IMG/VR virus record: IMGVR_UViG_3300015265_000001
Coordinates: 162,986 to 226,985 of that record
DNA length: 64,000 bases
Reading direction: 5' to 3' (one strand)
In this document: positions 1 through 9,487 of the stretch, in pieces
How positions within the stretch are numbered: the stretch's first letter is position 1
How the letters are laid out: each line of letters begins with the position of its first letter
Translations under genes and position numbers: made by a program
Notes under the pieces: model-generated
Databases searched by the model: none
Told to the model about the DNA's origin: nothing
Seen by the model: the letters and a program-made list of their open reading frames with translations, nothing else

Positions 1-703
1 GCTTGGTCTTGATGTTGATACCTTCCGTTGCAAACAGTTGGAGCAACAGAGGCATGAACACCGTCATGGTCTTCTTGTCAATCTTGAAGACCGCACCATC
101 GGCATTGGAATAAGTGAAGGTGTGATTCAACTCATCCCAGACGATATACCCCTGTTCGCTACCCCCGAAGGTCATCACCCCATCCATCGCATTGATCTGG
201 ATGTCAAAGGCTACCTTCTCACCATTGGCTTGGGACGTCCGCAAAGCCATCAACCCTTCGTGGGTTGAGATCTTCATCTGGTAGGTGTTGTTGATGTCGT
301 TAGGGGTGTTCTCGCTAACCTCTGGCGATGCACTCCAATTGTAGAACACCGTCTCCAGTCGCATGGTCTCGGTGTTAACACCGTCCAGCGTCCAGTACAG
401 CTTGTTCTGACCGGGTACCTGGTAGATAGCTACCTTACTGCCTTCCCGTACGTCAGGAGAGCTGGTACGGTTGCTGTCGGTCATGTTCTTCCAAGTGGCG
501 GGAAGAACGTTACTGTGCATCAGGTTACTCTTAACCTGCTCCCCTTGAGCGTTGAGGCTCGTTCTTTCTTTCTGCTGAGGGTTAGCGCTGATACGACCAT
601 CAGCGTTGGGAAACAGACTTGGGAGGTAAACGAAGATCTGATCGGTATTGGTATCTTTGGTCGCTGCGACCACACCAATACCAATGCAGTGCATTATGTT
701 CAT
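1..703 (-). CDS. Probable baseplate central spike / gp5-like OB-fold protein (its C-terminal end runs off the window)
   Basis: Not in the ORF track. Hand-translated from ATG at 703 (AGGA RBS), open to position 2: MNIMHCIGIGVVAATKDTNTDQIFVYLPSLFP...W...SNRTSSPDVREGSKVAIYQ. Resembles gp5/VgrG OB-folds followed by beta-strand repeats. Divergent from the SbcC gene, as I recall for phiKZ gp164/gp165. Confidence 0.6.
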   Translation of the reverse strand, partial: MNIMHCIGIGVVAATKDTNTDQIFVYLPSLFPNADGRISANPQQKERTSLNAQGEQVKSNLMHSNVLPATWKNMTDSNRTSSPDVREGSKVAIYQVPGQNKLYWTLDGVNTETMRLETVFYNWSASPEVSENTPNDINNTYQMKISTHEGLMALRTSQANGEKVAFDIQINAMDGVMTFGGSEQGYIVWDELNHTFTYSNADGAVFKIDKKTMTVFMPLLLQLFATEGINIKTK

Positions 704-756
704 ACTTGACGTCCTATTCTGTAGACCCTTCAAATTTTCTTAAAAAAGAATTCGTT

Positions 757-3222
757 ATGCTACTTAAATTAATTCTAGAGAACTATGTTCCGCTCTTGAG
801 TAGCAATATTCATAAAGTGGAACTTGACACCGAACATATGATCAACCTCTTTATCTCCCTGAACGGGGTGGGTAAAAGTTCGATCCTTAAGGAAATGAAT
901 CCGCTGCCACCTGAGAACGGCAATTACGAGAACGGACGCAAGTTTGTTCAGTGGAAGGTAGGTAGCAAGGTCTACACGATGGATTCGTACACCGGCATCG
1001 GGAACGGCCACAGTTTCAAGATAGATGACGGGGAAGAACTTAACAAGAACGGTACTTACAGCTCGCAGAAAGAACTGTGTGAAAACCACTTCGGTTTAGA
1101 CAACGGCCTGGTCAAGGTGATTAGCGGTATCCGTATTGCGGATCGTCTATCTGCCATGTCGGCAAGTCGCCGTAAAGATATCCTGATGCAGATCTATCCG
1201 AACAACACGGATTATGCACTGGGTGTTTATAACCGACTGAAGTCTGCACGTAACGAACTGAAGGCGGCGATCAAGAATCAGATCGGGCGTTACACCGAGG
1301 AGAACCGTAAGCTCTCCTACATCAACGAGTGCGGTGTAGAAGAACTCGAACGCCGTGTTAAGGGTGTGGAAGAAGAACTGAAGCAGTCCTTGTTGCTGCG
1401 CGGTAGTTTGGAGTCTGTTAAGCTTAATCCAGAGACCGCTCGTAAGAAACTGGAACTCGACCAACTGACCGATCAGTTGCTTGCGAATAAGCTGAGTGGT
1501 GTATGGCAGAGCAAGCGAGAGTACATCGACGCGATCGACACGTCTCGTCGTATTCTGGAAGGCTATCGGGATAAAGCCAACGTGCTGCAAGGTGTGATCA
1601 GCGAACACGCTGGTATGCTGGAAGGATTGGAAGAGTTCCTCAAAGATCCGGATGCGTTTAAAGCACAGACCAAGCACGTTAAGGGTGATATCGCTGAGAC
1701 CTTGATCAAGCTGGAAGTGATCGAGCAGAGTCTCAAGCAATACCCGGTCTTTAACGACCCTGAGAACCCGCTGGACGGGTTAGCGCAGATCATCCCTGCA
1801 CTGATGCCTTTCCTGGATCGCGTGACACCTGCGAGCACTCAGGAGCTTACAGGTAACCAGTACAAGGATTATCAGAAACGCATGGAAGTAGTCGGGACTG
1901 AGTTAAAGAGCTTTACCAACGACCTCGCCAACATGAAGCACCAGTTGGAGCATTATGAACAGGCGGAAACCGTTGAGTGTCCAGACTGCACGCATGAGTT
2001 CAAGTTGGGGATGACACCTCAGAAACTGGCGAACCTGAAATCCAACATTGAGTACTCGATCAAGAAGATTGAGAAGTTGGAAAAGGAACGGGACGAACTC
2101 AAAGAGAAATTGGATAACGACGCGGAATGGTTTATTTCGATGAACCAGTTGTTTACCTTTATCCGTGAGAACAACCACGTCAGGATTCTACCAGAACTGA
2201 TCAAACAGTTTGAAGTAGGCCGTCATGCCAGTCCTCGGTTGCAGAACGCTCTGGAGCTTGTTAGCCGCAAAGCTGAACTCCTAGGCTACCGCAACACCCT
2301 GGCGGAAGAAGAAAAGCTTCTGGACGCACGGATAGCCCTCCTGGACCGTAATAAGGTATTGGACGTTGCCATTTACGTCAGTACCACAGAAAAAGAGCTC
2401 GTGGATGTTAACAACAAAATCCTCTTCTACCGAGCCAAGATTGATGCCCTCAGTAATACCTTGCGGGGCATTCAAACCTATGGGGAGGATTTAAGGCGGT
2501 TAGAGCAATTGCGGTTCGAGATCCTGCAAGGTTTAGAGTGCGAGGGTAAGGTAAATCTGCGTGCAGCTGTGGATCAGCGCATCAGTGAACTGACCACGGA
2601 CAAAGAACACTACATGACCTCGATCATCAAGAGCAAGTCCCTGACAGCGGTGGTTCAATCCATTTCAGCTGACATCGACCGCTTGAAACGCCGGTTAACC
2701 ATTGTCGAAGTGCTCATGGATGGTCTCTGCCCTAACAAGGGTTTGATCGGTAAGTTGATGAGTGATTTCATCAGTGCCATCTGTGGCAACATGAATGCCG
2801 TGGTTAACAAGATCTGGAATACCCCGCTGTATATCAAACCGTGCAGCAAAGAGAACGGTGATCTGACATATCGCTTTCCTGTGGTCAAGGGTGAGAAAAA
2901 CCCTACACCGGACGTGGCAGATTGCAGCGGCGGCGAACAGGACATTTTGGATTGGGCATTTCGCTTTGTGTTACTGGGGTACCTCGGGTTTCCACTCCCC
3001 TTAATCATGGATGAAGTGGGTCCGTTTCTGGACGAAATCAAACGCGGCAGGTTCTTTAACTTTGTGGAGGAATACACACAGAGTAACGACGCCCGCCAAC
3101 TGTTCTTGGTGTCCCATTACTTCAATCAACTCGGGGTCTTCCGTGACCCTAACATCATCGCCTTGCGGTACGAAGGTCTTACCCTCCCGGGTGAGGTCAA
3201 CCAGCACTCAATAGTAATTTAA
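757..3222 (+). CDS. sbcC: SbcC/Rad50-like SMC ATPase
   Basis: Walker A SLNGVGKSS, long coiled coil with Zn-hook CPDC, signature CSGGEQ, Walker B/D-loop LIMDEVGPFLD, H-loop LVSH. Start moved to ATG 757. Confidence 0.92.
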   Translation: MLLKLILENYVPLLSSNIHKVELDTEHMINLFISLNGVGKSSILKEMNPLPPENGNYENGRKFVQWKVGSKVYTMDSYTGIGNGHSFKIDDGEELNKNGTYSSQKELCENHFGLDNGLVKVISGIRIADRLSAMSASRRKDILMQIYPNNTDYALGVYNRLKSARNELKAAIKNQIGRYTEENRKLSYINECGVEELERRVKGVEEELKQSLLLRGSLESVKLNPETARKKLELDQLTDQLLANKLSGVWQSKREYIDAIDTSRRILEGYRDKANVLQGVISEHAGMLEGLEEFLKDPDAFKAQTKHVKGDIAETLIKLEVIEQSLKQYPVFNDPENPLDGLAQIIPALMPFLDRVTPASTQELTGNQYKDYQKRMEVVGTELKSFTNDLANMKHQLEHYEQAETVECPDCTHEFKLGMTPQKLANLKSNIEYSIKKIEKLEKERDELKEKLDNDAEWFISMNQLFTFIRENNHVRILPELIKQFEVGRHASPRLQNALELVSRKAELLGYRNTLAEEEKLLDARIALLDRNKVLDVAIYVSTTEKELVDVNNKILFYRAKIDALSNTLRGIQTYGEDLRRLEQLRFEILQGLECEGKVNLRAAVDQRISELTTDKEHYMTSIIKSKSLTAVVQSISADIDRLKRRLTIVEVLMDGLCPNKGLIGKLMSDFISAICGNMNAVVNKIWNTPLYIKPCSKENGDLTYRFPVVKGEKNPTPDVADCSGGEQDILDWAFRFVLLGYLGFPLPLIMDEVGPFLDEIKRGRFFNFVEEYTQSNDARQLFLVSHYFNQLGVFRDPNIIALRYEGLTLPGEVNQHSIVI

Positions 3223-3223
3223 A

Positions 3224-3234
3224 CCTATATTACT
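3224..3234 (+). promoter_or_regulatory. phiKZ-type early promoter core (TATATTAC)
   Basis: CCTATATTACT immediately after the sbcC stop; TATATTAC at 3226-3233. Confidence 0.7.
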
Positions 3235-3334
3235 AAGTGGTAGAGATAACGCTTGTTGTTATCTCTTTTAGGTGTATTCGTACTGCAAGCCTCTGTTTAT
3301 GACAGCTTACATACTTCTGGAAGAGATAACGATC

Positions 3335-3616
3335 ATGCAAAGCGCACAGATCCCAATCATGCAAAACCTCGACGGGTCTTACTCGCCTAACAACCTCGGT
3401 CTTGGGGTTGCGGTGGTGACCTACAACTACGACATCAGCGGCAAAACCGCTATCATCAACTTCGATGGCATGAACCAGGCTGTTCTGACCTTCGACGCTA
3501 CTGGCACTACTGTGGTGTCCTACCACATGCTGAACCTGATGGCCTCCGCTCAGGACATGGCCACCGTTGAAAACATCGCCCGTTACCTGGCGAATGCACA
3601 AGCTACCCTGCATTGA
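3335..3616 (+). CDS. Hypothetical early protein
   Basis: ATG 3335 after a purine-rich RBS; strongly biased codons; first gene after the promoter. Confidence 0.8.
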   Translation: MQSAQIPIMQNLDGSYSPNNLGLGVAVVTYNYDISGKTAIINFDGMNQAVLTFDATGTTVVSYHMLNLMASAQDMATVENIARYLANAQATLH

Positions 3617-3623
3617 GAGCAAT

Positions 3624-4094
3624 ATGAATGTACTAAGGTTCTTTAGCAAAGATCCTGATCAGTTCACCGAACCTTTTGAACCAGTGATGGCGCACTTCGC
3701 GTTGGCTGGACAAAAGGTTCAGGTCGAGCTGGGTCTTGTTAAGGATAATAACAGGCTGTATTTCTTGATCGGGAAACGGTTCTCCAGCGACGGACCGCTG
3801 ATAATTCTAGATCGGAGGCCCGTATCCTCCGTATCTCAACAGACGTTTATGGCGCGTCCTAAACGCTGGAGCGAAAATGCTCTATATGGGCGTGAGTTTC
3901 TCCGCCATGCTTTTGAAGACTTTGTTTTGAAATCGCCATTCTCTGGCTTTATAAGAAAGAACGTGAATCCACTGGATATCACGCAGTTGTTTGCCAATCT
4001 GCGGAACTTAAGTTCCAACTTAATTAACTTCCAATCGGGTATAGGTCATGAAAAAGGACGACGTGATTGTGCAGTACAGAGCGTTGGTTCGTGA
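3624..4094 (+). CDS. Hypothetical protein
   Basis: ORF in the co-directional run; overlaps the next gene by 47 bp. Confidence 0.65.
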   Translation: MNVLRFFSKDPDQFTEPFEPVMAHFALAGQKVQVELGLVKDNNRLYFLIGKRFSSDGPLIILDRRPVSSVSQQTFMARPKRWSENALYGREFLRHAFEDFVLKSPFSGFIRKNVNPLDITQLFANLRNLSSNLINFQSGIGHEKGRRDCAVQSVGS

Positions 4095-4488
4095 GCTGGG
4101 AGAGAACGCACACAACGTAGTACTGAGCGCTGGAGCCGCTGCTGTAATGATGGGCATCCGCGATGAAACCAACGACCTCGACGTTGACGTGCTGCCAGGT
4201 GTATTCAAATGGGCAGCAACCACCAAAACCGTCATCGAAGAAGAAGGTTTCAATGCGCGGGTTGTTTACGCTGAGCATATCGATCTGCACGTATTGGATG
4301 AAGACCGTGGGAAAGTCTGCATCGAAGGCGTATGGACGTACAGTCCCCGTGAGTTGATTAATCAACGACGTGAACTGATTAAAACACCAGGTCGTGATGT
4401 CGGTAAGTTGGTACGCGATCAAGTCGAAGTGTCGTTGCTTGAAGGCATCGCACGTATGGGCAATAAATTCACCGCTAAAGCTGTTTAG
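4048..4488 (+). CDS. Nucleotidyltransferase (Pol-beta / AbiEii-MenT-like fold)
   Basis: SAGAAAVMMGIRDETNDLDVD = G[GS]xA...DxD motif; third Asp in HIDLH; C-terminal K..RD. Confidence 0.7.
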   Translation: MKKDDVIVQYRALVRELGENAHNVVLSAGAAAVMMGIRDETNDLDVDVLPGVFKWAATTKTVIEEEGFNARVVYAEHIDLHVLDEDRGKVCIEGVWTYSPRELINQRRELIKTPGRDVGKLVRDQVEVSLLEGIARMGNKFTAKAV

Positions 4489-4497
4489 GAAAGCATC

Positions 4498-4965
4498 ATG
4501 TTTAAACTTGAAGTAGACGTATGGCAGGCTGCCAATGACCGCATCGTGCAACAACTGGCCGTCCTGACCGACCAATACAAAATCCCCCTCGACAGCATCT
4601 GCGTTGGCGGTAGTGCGGCAATGGTTCTGATGAAGATCCGTAATGAAGCGCGTGCTATTAACGTGTGGGTCGATTCGCCGTACTTTGATCGTCTGGCCGA
4701 AGATCAAAAAGTACTGATACACCCGCTGCGCGATGTGGTGGTACAAATCCCGGACACTCCCATCTACGTCCGTCTCCGCAATCGCTACTTCGAAAGTCGT
4801 ACCCTGGAAAACGGCGTAGAAGTATTCGGTGAACTGGCGCTGCTGCTACAGAAGCGCACCAGTTACATCGATCCAGCTCGGCCACCGAAACAGAAGTTGA
4901 AAGACTTCCGCGATATCCAGATCCTGAACGACATCATGGCTACGCGTAACAAGGTTGCATCCTGA
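4498..4965 (+). CDS. Nucleotidyltransferase-like paralog, DxD motif lost
   Basis: VGGSAAMVLMKIRNEARAINVW aligns to the upstream paralog but lacks DxD; retains KR...KDFRD. Confidence 0.65.
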   Translation: MFKLEVDVWQAANDRIVQQLAVLTDQYKIPLDSICVGGSAAMVLMKIRNEARAINVWVDSPYFDRLAEDQKVLIHPLRDVVVQIPDTPIYVRLRNRYFESRTLENGVEVFGELALLLQKRTSYIDPARPPKQKLKDFRDIQILNDIMATRNKVAS

Positions 4966-4967
4966 CT

Positions 4968-5004
4968 GATTAGGCATTGGTGGGTAACTCCCCAGTGCCT
5001 AATC
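4968..5004 (+). terminator. Intergenic hairpin
   Basis: GATTAGGCA...TGCCTAATC stem followed by CTTT. Confidence 0.6.
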
Positions 5005-5038
5005 CTTTATAGCGCGTTTTGGTTTTTAGGTAACAGCA

Positions 5039-5329
5039 ATGACCGCTATTATTCCAACACTATTGGGTATCTTCTGTTTTTTGTTTTTGCTTGAAATGAT
5101 GACCGGTCCGTGGAAATGGGTGGATCGGTTACTGGGTTGGGATGACCACCCAAATGAGAAAGAGATCACTCAGATCCGGCTCAGCATATTGCTGGAGCAA
5201 GAGGATCTCAGCGTTAAGAACGACAGAGTCATCTGTAATGAATGCCAGCGGGAGAGTTGCGGCTTCTGCAACAATGGTCGCGTTATTCACCAGGCTCAAG
5301 AACTGCTGGACAAGAGGAATGAACTATGA
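5039..5329 (+). CDS. Small membrane protein with Cys cluster
   Basis: Hydrophobic N-terminus; CNECQRESCGFC. Confidence 0.75.
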   Translation: MTAIIPTLLGIFCFLFLLEMMTGPWKWVDRLLGWDDHPNEKEITQIRLSILLEQEDLSVKNDRVICNECQRESCGFCNNGRVIHQAQELLDKRNEL

Positions 5330-7260
5330 ATGCCTATGAGGAGATGAAAGCGCTCCATGACGAGATTGCTCGTCTCAACACTGAGTTCCATATGCAGAAC
5401 AAGGAACCCATCCCAAACGCTGAGTTCGACAAGAAGGTATTGCGGTTCGAAGAACTGACAGAGCTCTATCCGGACATTGCTCGTCACTTGGTGGGGGACG
5501 AAGCCCCAGTTACCATGGCCAACCCCATTACGGCCCTAGAGCTGGTCGAGTTCAAAGAGCCAATGCTCAGTCTGAAAAAGGCATTGAGCATTGAGGCCCT
5601 GGATAAATGGCGCGACAAACTCCCGCCCGGCACAATCGTTATCTACGAACTGAAGCTGGATGGTTTAGCGTTGGATCTGCTGTATGAGAACCGTAAGCTG
5701 TTTCGGATGTGTACACGTCGAGATGGGTTGTTCGGTGAGGATGTCACTCACTCGGCCAACCTGTTTAGCAATGTGCCTCTGACGCTTCCTATGCACTTCC
5801 CTGAGACGTTTTCTATTCGGGGTGAAGCGGTATTGCCATTTGCTGACTTCCTCGCCTATAACGAGGCTGTAGAGAAGCCGATGGTCACTCCGCGTAATGC
5901 GGCAAGTGGATGGGTGCGCACCAGTCGCGGTAACCAGAATCCTGAAACCATTGGTAAGTTGAAGTTCTTTGCTTATGGTTCCAGCGAGCGGTTTGATTGT
6001 GAGCTCTACATGGACTTACGCACTGTTTGGCGTGAGGCTGGTTTCGATGTGGCTCCTGTGTTGTCCCTGGAAGATCTGAAGAGCGGTGAACGCGATCTAT
6101 ATCTGCCAACAGACGGGGTGGTTGGTAAGGTCAACAGCTTTGCCGAACAAGACCGCTTGGGGGAGACCAACAAGTACCCTAACTGGGGTATCGCTTACAA
6201 GTATCCGGATGAAGAAGTCGAAGCGGCTTACGACACCACTATCTGGAAGACAGGTAAGACAGGGCGCGTTAACCCAACGATCATCTATCATCCGGTTAAG
6301 GTAGGTGGAGTGACCTGTAGTCGAGCAAGCATTGATAACTATCACCAGTTCATGGCCTTAGGACTGCGTGAGGACTCGACCCTGGCCGTTCGTCGCAATA
6401 ACGATGTTATCCCCCGGGTGCATCGTGTCGTTGATCCTGGAGCAGGAGAGCGTGTTAAAGCACCGGATACCTGTCCGAGTTGTGGAACCACTCTGCGACT
6501 CAAGACCAGTGATGCTAGCGCATTCCTTTACTGTGATAACGTAGCGGAATGTCCGAGTCAGTTGCTGAACCGTTGCCTGTCGTTTGTCAGCCGGGGTTGT
6601 CTCGATATTGACGGCCTAGGTCCAGTCTTGTTGTCTGAGCTGATCGAGCGAGAAGACATCGAGTATCCAGCGGATATCCTGTTCTTGGAGCCGACGTATA
6701 TCCATGCGTCTATCTGGGACAACATTCGCAAGGTCGACCACATACCCATGCACAAGGCTATCTTCGCGATGGGTTTGCCGGGTATTGAAGTCATCCGCGC
6801 CAAGAAACTTGCTACGGCCATGAACCAGGCCGGTGTTCGTCCTTTCCCGGAAGAAATCATCCACTGGCTGAGCAATAAGGATAACCTGAAAAAGATCAAA
6901 GGGTTTGGTAACAAGCTCGCTGATCCAATTGCCAGAGCTATGGAGACGGACGCTATTTTGAATAACGCAAACCGGTTATTCAAAAGGGTTTATCCGTTTT
7001 ACAAGGAGGAAGCAACCGAACAAAAGATTTGTATCACCGGCGAAGTGGGCCTTGCTCGTGAAGGCTTGAAGGACTCCCTGGAACTGGTGGGTATCGAGTT
7101 GGTGGATAACCTCACCAAAGACTGCCAGTTGCTCCTAGTGGGGGAGAAACCAGGAGAGAAGAAACAGTTAAAAGCAACCGCGCTGGGTATCCCTATGGTA
7201 ACTATTGCCAGGGTTTCCAGTATTGAAGATTTGGTCGACCAGATCAATAACCGCAAATAA
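5326..7260 (+). CDS. ligA: NAD+-dependent DNA ligase
   Basis: Domain Ia IPNAEFD, MLSL, ELKLDG (KxDG), RGE, PRNAASG, DGVVGK, IAYK, OB-fold (GKTGRVNP, NDVIP), Zn finger CPSC...C...C, C-terminal BRCT. Confidence 0.95.
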   Translation: MNAYEEMKALHDEIARLNTEFHMQNKEPIPNAEFDKKVLRFEELTELYPDIARHLVGDEAPVTMANPITALELVEFKEPMLSLKKALSIEALDKWRDKLPPGTIVIYELKLDGLALDLLYENRKLFRMCTRRDGLFGEDVTHSANLFSNVPLTLPMHFPETFSIRGEAVLPFADFLAYNEAVEKPMVTPRNAASGWVRTSRGNQNPETIGKLKFFAYGSSERFDCELYMDLRTVWREAGFDVAPVLSLEDLKSGERDLYLPTDGVVGKVNSFAEQDRLGETNKYPNWGIAYKYPDEEVEAAYDTTIWKTGKTGRVNPTIIYHPVKVGGVTCSRASIDNYHQFMALGLREDSTLAVRRNNDVIPRVHRVVDPGAGERVKAPDTCPSCGTTLRLKTSDASAFLYCDNVAECPSQLLNRCLSFVSRGCLDIDGLGPVLLSELIEREDIEYPADILFLEPTYIHASIWDNIRKVDHIPMHKAIFAMGLPGIEVIRAKKLATAMNQAGVRPFPEEIIHWLSNKDNLKKIKGFGNKLADPIARAMETDAILNNANRLFKRVYPFYKEEATEQKICITGEVGLAREGLKDSLELVGIELVDNLTKDCQLLLVGEKPGEKKQLKATALGIPMVTIARVSSIEDLVDQINNRK

Positions 7261-7272
7261 GGGACGCAACTC

Positions 7273-8694
7273 ATGACCACCGCAACCGAAAAGAAAGCAA
7301 ATGCACCTGATCTCAAAGCAGTACCAGCACCCAAGCAAATGGACAAAACGCCTAAGCCGGCTGAAAAAGCTGCCGACAAAGGTAAAGCGGTTCCTGGCGA
7401 TCAGCCTAAATCTGTGAAGATCGTTAACTCCAGCGTGTCCGGCAAACCCCTCAAGCAGGTGATGACCGTCGAACAGGCTGTCGACAAGATCAAGTCCGAA
7501 CTGCCGGCCGTTGCCAATGAATGGAACCTCGATAAGTTCGGCGGCTCGTTCACGCCCAAGTATCACACCAAAGAAGAGCTGGCCGCTCTGAAGACTCCGT
7601 GGGTAATGGTCAAGGGCGTTCTGATTGAACCGTCCCAGACCGATATCCCCGAATCCTACCGCATCCAGACGAATAGCGGACAGACCTTCTGGCTCCACAC
7701 CACACCGACGCTGACGACCCCCGCCACACCGCGTACGTTCTCGCACTTCCTCGTCGAAATTGACGGGTTTGTTGTGCAGTTCCTGCTCGATGACAAATCG
7801 TCGGTTGATATCCAGAGCTTCGATATTGGCCGCGCTGGCTTTGGTGCTAATGTTCGTCCGTCTCAGGGGTCTAACCAGGTGGTGCTGATCAACTCCGACA
7901 GTACCCACGACACCTTCCTCGGCGACGTAATGCTCGAGAATCAGTCGACACGTGGCTGTGTATTCAGCCAGTCTACGGTCAGCTCTCGTCCTCGTTATAC
8001 CGACCATAAGGCACCGTGGCTGGATCGCGACAGCGGGCACCGTCAGAAGCTGAAGTGGTCGCATATCAGCCGGTCTACCGTCTACAATTCGGTGCTGGTT
8101 GACTCGCTGTATCTGCGTGACTGCGCCATCGATAACAGCAACATCAAGACCACCGAAACATTCCGCGCCGATACCTGCACCATCAAGGATTCGACCATCA
8201 AGGGCAATGTGGCGGATCTGAAGTTCGCTAATCTGGAACGGACCTACATTCCGTCGACGGGTTCGGTACTGATCGTTAATACGCGCATGACCGACGAATC
8301 GCTGGGCGAGCGTCCGGTGTACATTCCAAACAAGTTCAGTACGCTGAAGGTCGATCTGCCGTTCGACCATCTCTTCATGCGTCGTGAAAGTGTGAAGAAG
8401 GTCGTTCTCGGCACCGGCTACCACAAACCAGTCGAACTGGATGTGGATGCAACGCTGGAAGAAACCGATGCCGCCGTACGCGCAGTGTTGCGTGGCTCTT
8501 CGTATCACAACCCGCTCGATCCGGACATGAAGGACCCAGTGGTGTCCAACTTGATCCATTATGTAGTGCAGTCGCTGCGTTCGCGTCTGCGTGTGGTCAA
8601 AATGCTCGACAGCACCGTGCGTACCGCTCGTGTGGTCACCGGCGAGATTCATCGCGAGGATTACGATGATGACTTTAGACCTCGTCCTTTCTAA
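7273..8694 (+). CDS. Hypothetical protein with Lys/Pro-rich N-terminus and beta-solenoid-like segment
   Basis: 473 aa, strong codon bias; short repeats such as SRSTV, YNSVL, DNSNI, KDSTI. Confidence 0.85.
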   Translation: MTTATEKKANAPDLKAVPAPKQMDKTPKPAEKAADKGKAVPGDQPKSVKIVNSSVSGKPLKQVMTVEQAVDKIKSELPAVANEWNLDKFGGSFTPKYHTKEELAALKTPWVMVKGVLIEPSQTDIPESYRIQTNSGQTFWLHTTPTLTTPATPRTFSHFLVEIDGFVVQFLLDDKSSVDIQSFDIGRAGFGANVRPSQGSNQVVLINSDSTHDTFLGDVMLENQSTRGCVFSQSTVSSRPRYTDHKAPWLDRDSGHRQKLKWSHISRSTVYNSVLVDSLYLRDCAIDNSNIKTTETFRADTCTIKDSTIKGNVADLKFANLERTYIPSTGSVLIVNTRMTDESLGERPVYIPNKFSTLKVDLPFDHLFMRRESVKKVVLGTGYHKPVELDVDATLEETDAAVRAVLRGSSYHNPLDPDMKDPVVSNLIHYVVQSLRSRLRVVKMLDSTVRTARVVTGEIHREDYDDDFRPRPF

Positions 8695-8708
8695 CCCTTA
8701 GCTAGTAG

Positions 8709-8733
8709 CCTGCCCTATTAACAGTAGGGCAGG
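8709..8733 (+). terminator. Hairpin
   Basis: CCTGCCCTA...TAGGGCAGG followed by TTT. Confidence 0.55.
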
Positions 8734-8747
8734 TTTAAGAGATTACC

Positions 8748-9230
8748 ATGAGTAAAAAACAACCCCCTATTACCTACAAGGTGCATACGGATGGCAGTGC
8801 GCTGGGTAACCCAGGTCCTGGAGGTTATGGGATTGTAGCGAGATGCGGAGACGAGGTTGTCACACTCTCGAAGGGTTACTACCGCACAACTAACAACCGT
8901 ATGGAGTTGCTAGCGGTTATTGTTGCATTGGAGGAGTTCGCCAAGCCAGGTACAGTCTTTGAAGTTACGACCGATTCGATGTACGTGATCAATTCGGCTA
9001 CTAAGTGGCTGAGTGGTTGGGCGCGTAGCAATTGGATCGCCTGGAAGACCCAACAGCCTATTAAGAACAAAGACCTCTGGCAACGCATTCAGCCTTTGCT
9101 GAAAGCTAACAAGGTTAAGTTCTTCTGGGTACGTGGGCACACTGGTGTACCAGATAACGAACTGGCGGATAAACTGGCTGTAGCTGCCGCTAATAATCCA
9201 ACTGAAACTGATGAAGGTTTCATGGGGTGA
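8748..9230 (+). CDS. rnhA: Ribonuclease HI
   Basis: TDGSALGNPGPGGYG, TNNRMEL, TDS, KNKDLW, WVRGHTG...NELADKLA. Confidence 0.97.
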   Translation: MSKKQPPITYKVHTDGSALGNPGPGGYGIVARCGDEVVTLSKGYYRTTNNRMELLAVIVALEEFAKPGTVFEVTTDSMYVINSATKWLSGWARSNWIAWKTQQPIKNKDLWQRIQPLLKANKVKFFWVRGHTGVPDNELADKLAVAAANNPTETDEGFMG

Positions 9231-9234
9231 TCAA

Positions 9235-9465
9235 ATGAGCGAACAGTGCTACATTTGTAAATTCGTAATGGAAGATAACGCGGGGACGGAGTTTATCCCC
9301 TACCAACTTCCAGAGCTGAGTGATTACCCTGTTATGGTTTGTGCTGTTTGCGAGCGATCTAAAGAGCACCAGGACAACGTGGAAATGACTGACCTCAACC
9401 ACAGAGCCGAAGCCAGTCACCAGGAATACATGGCGTCGCTTCACGAAGAAGAAAACAACGATTAA
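9235..9465 (+). CDS. Small putative Zn-binding protein
   Basis: CYIC...CAVC. Confidence 0.7.
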   Translation: MSEQCYICKFVMEDNAGTEFIPYQLPELSDYPVMVCAVCERSKEHQDNVEMTDLNHRAEASHQEYMASLHEEENND

Positions 9466-9487
9466 CTATCATTGGGGGCTAGGGGTA

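Noticed and set aside
619-756. Longer N-terminal extension of sbcC given in the ORF track
   Set aside because: It overlaps the divergent spike gene, and SbcC homology begins at ATG 757. Similar upstream starts were trimmed for several other ORFs based on RBS and overlap.
3624-4094. Programmed frameshift or fusion between 3624 and the NTase at 4048
   Set aside because: The 47-bp overlap has no convincing slippery site, and both ORFs have independent starts.
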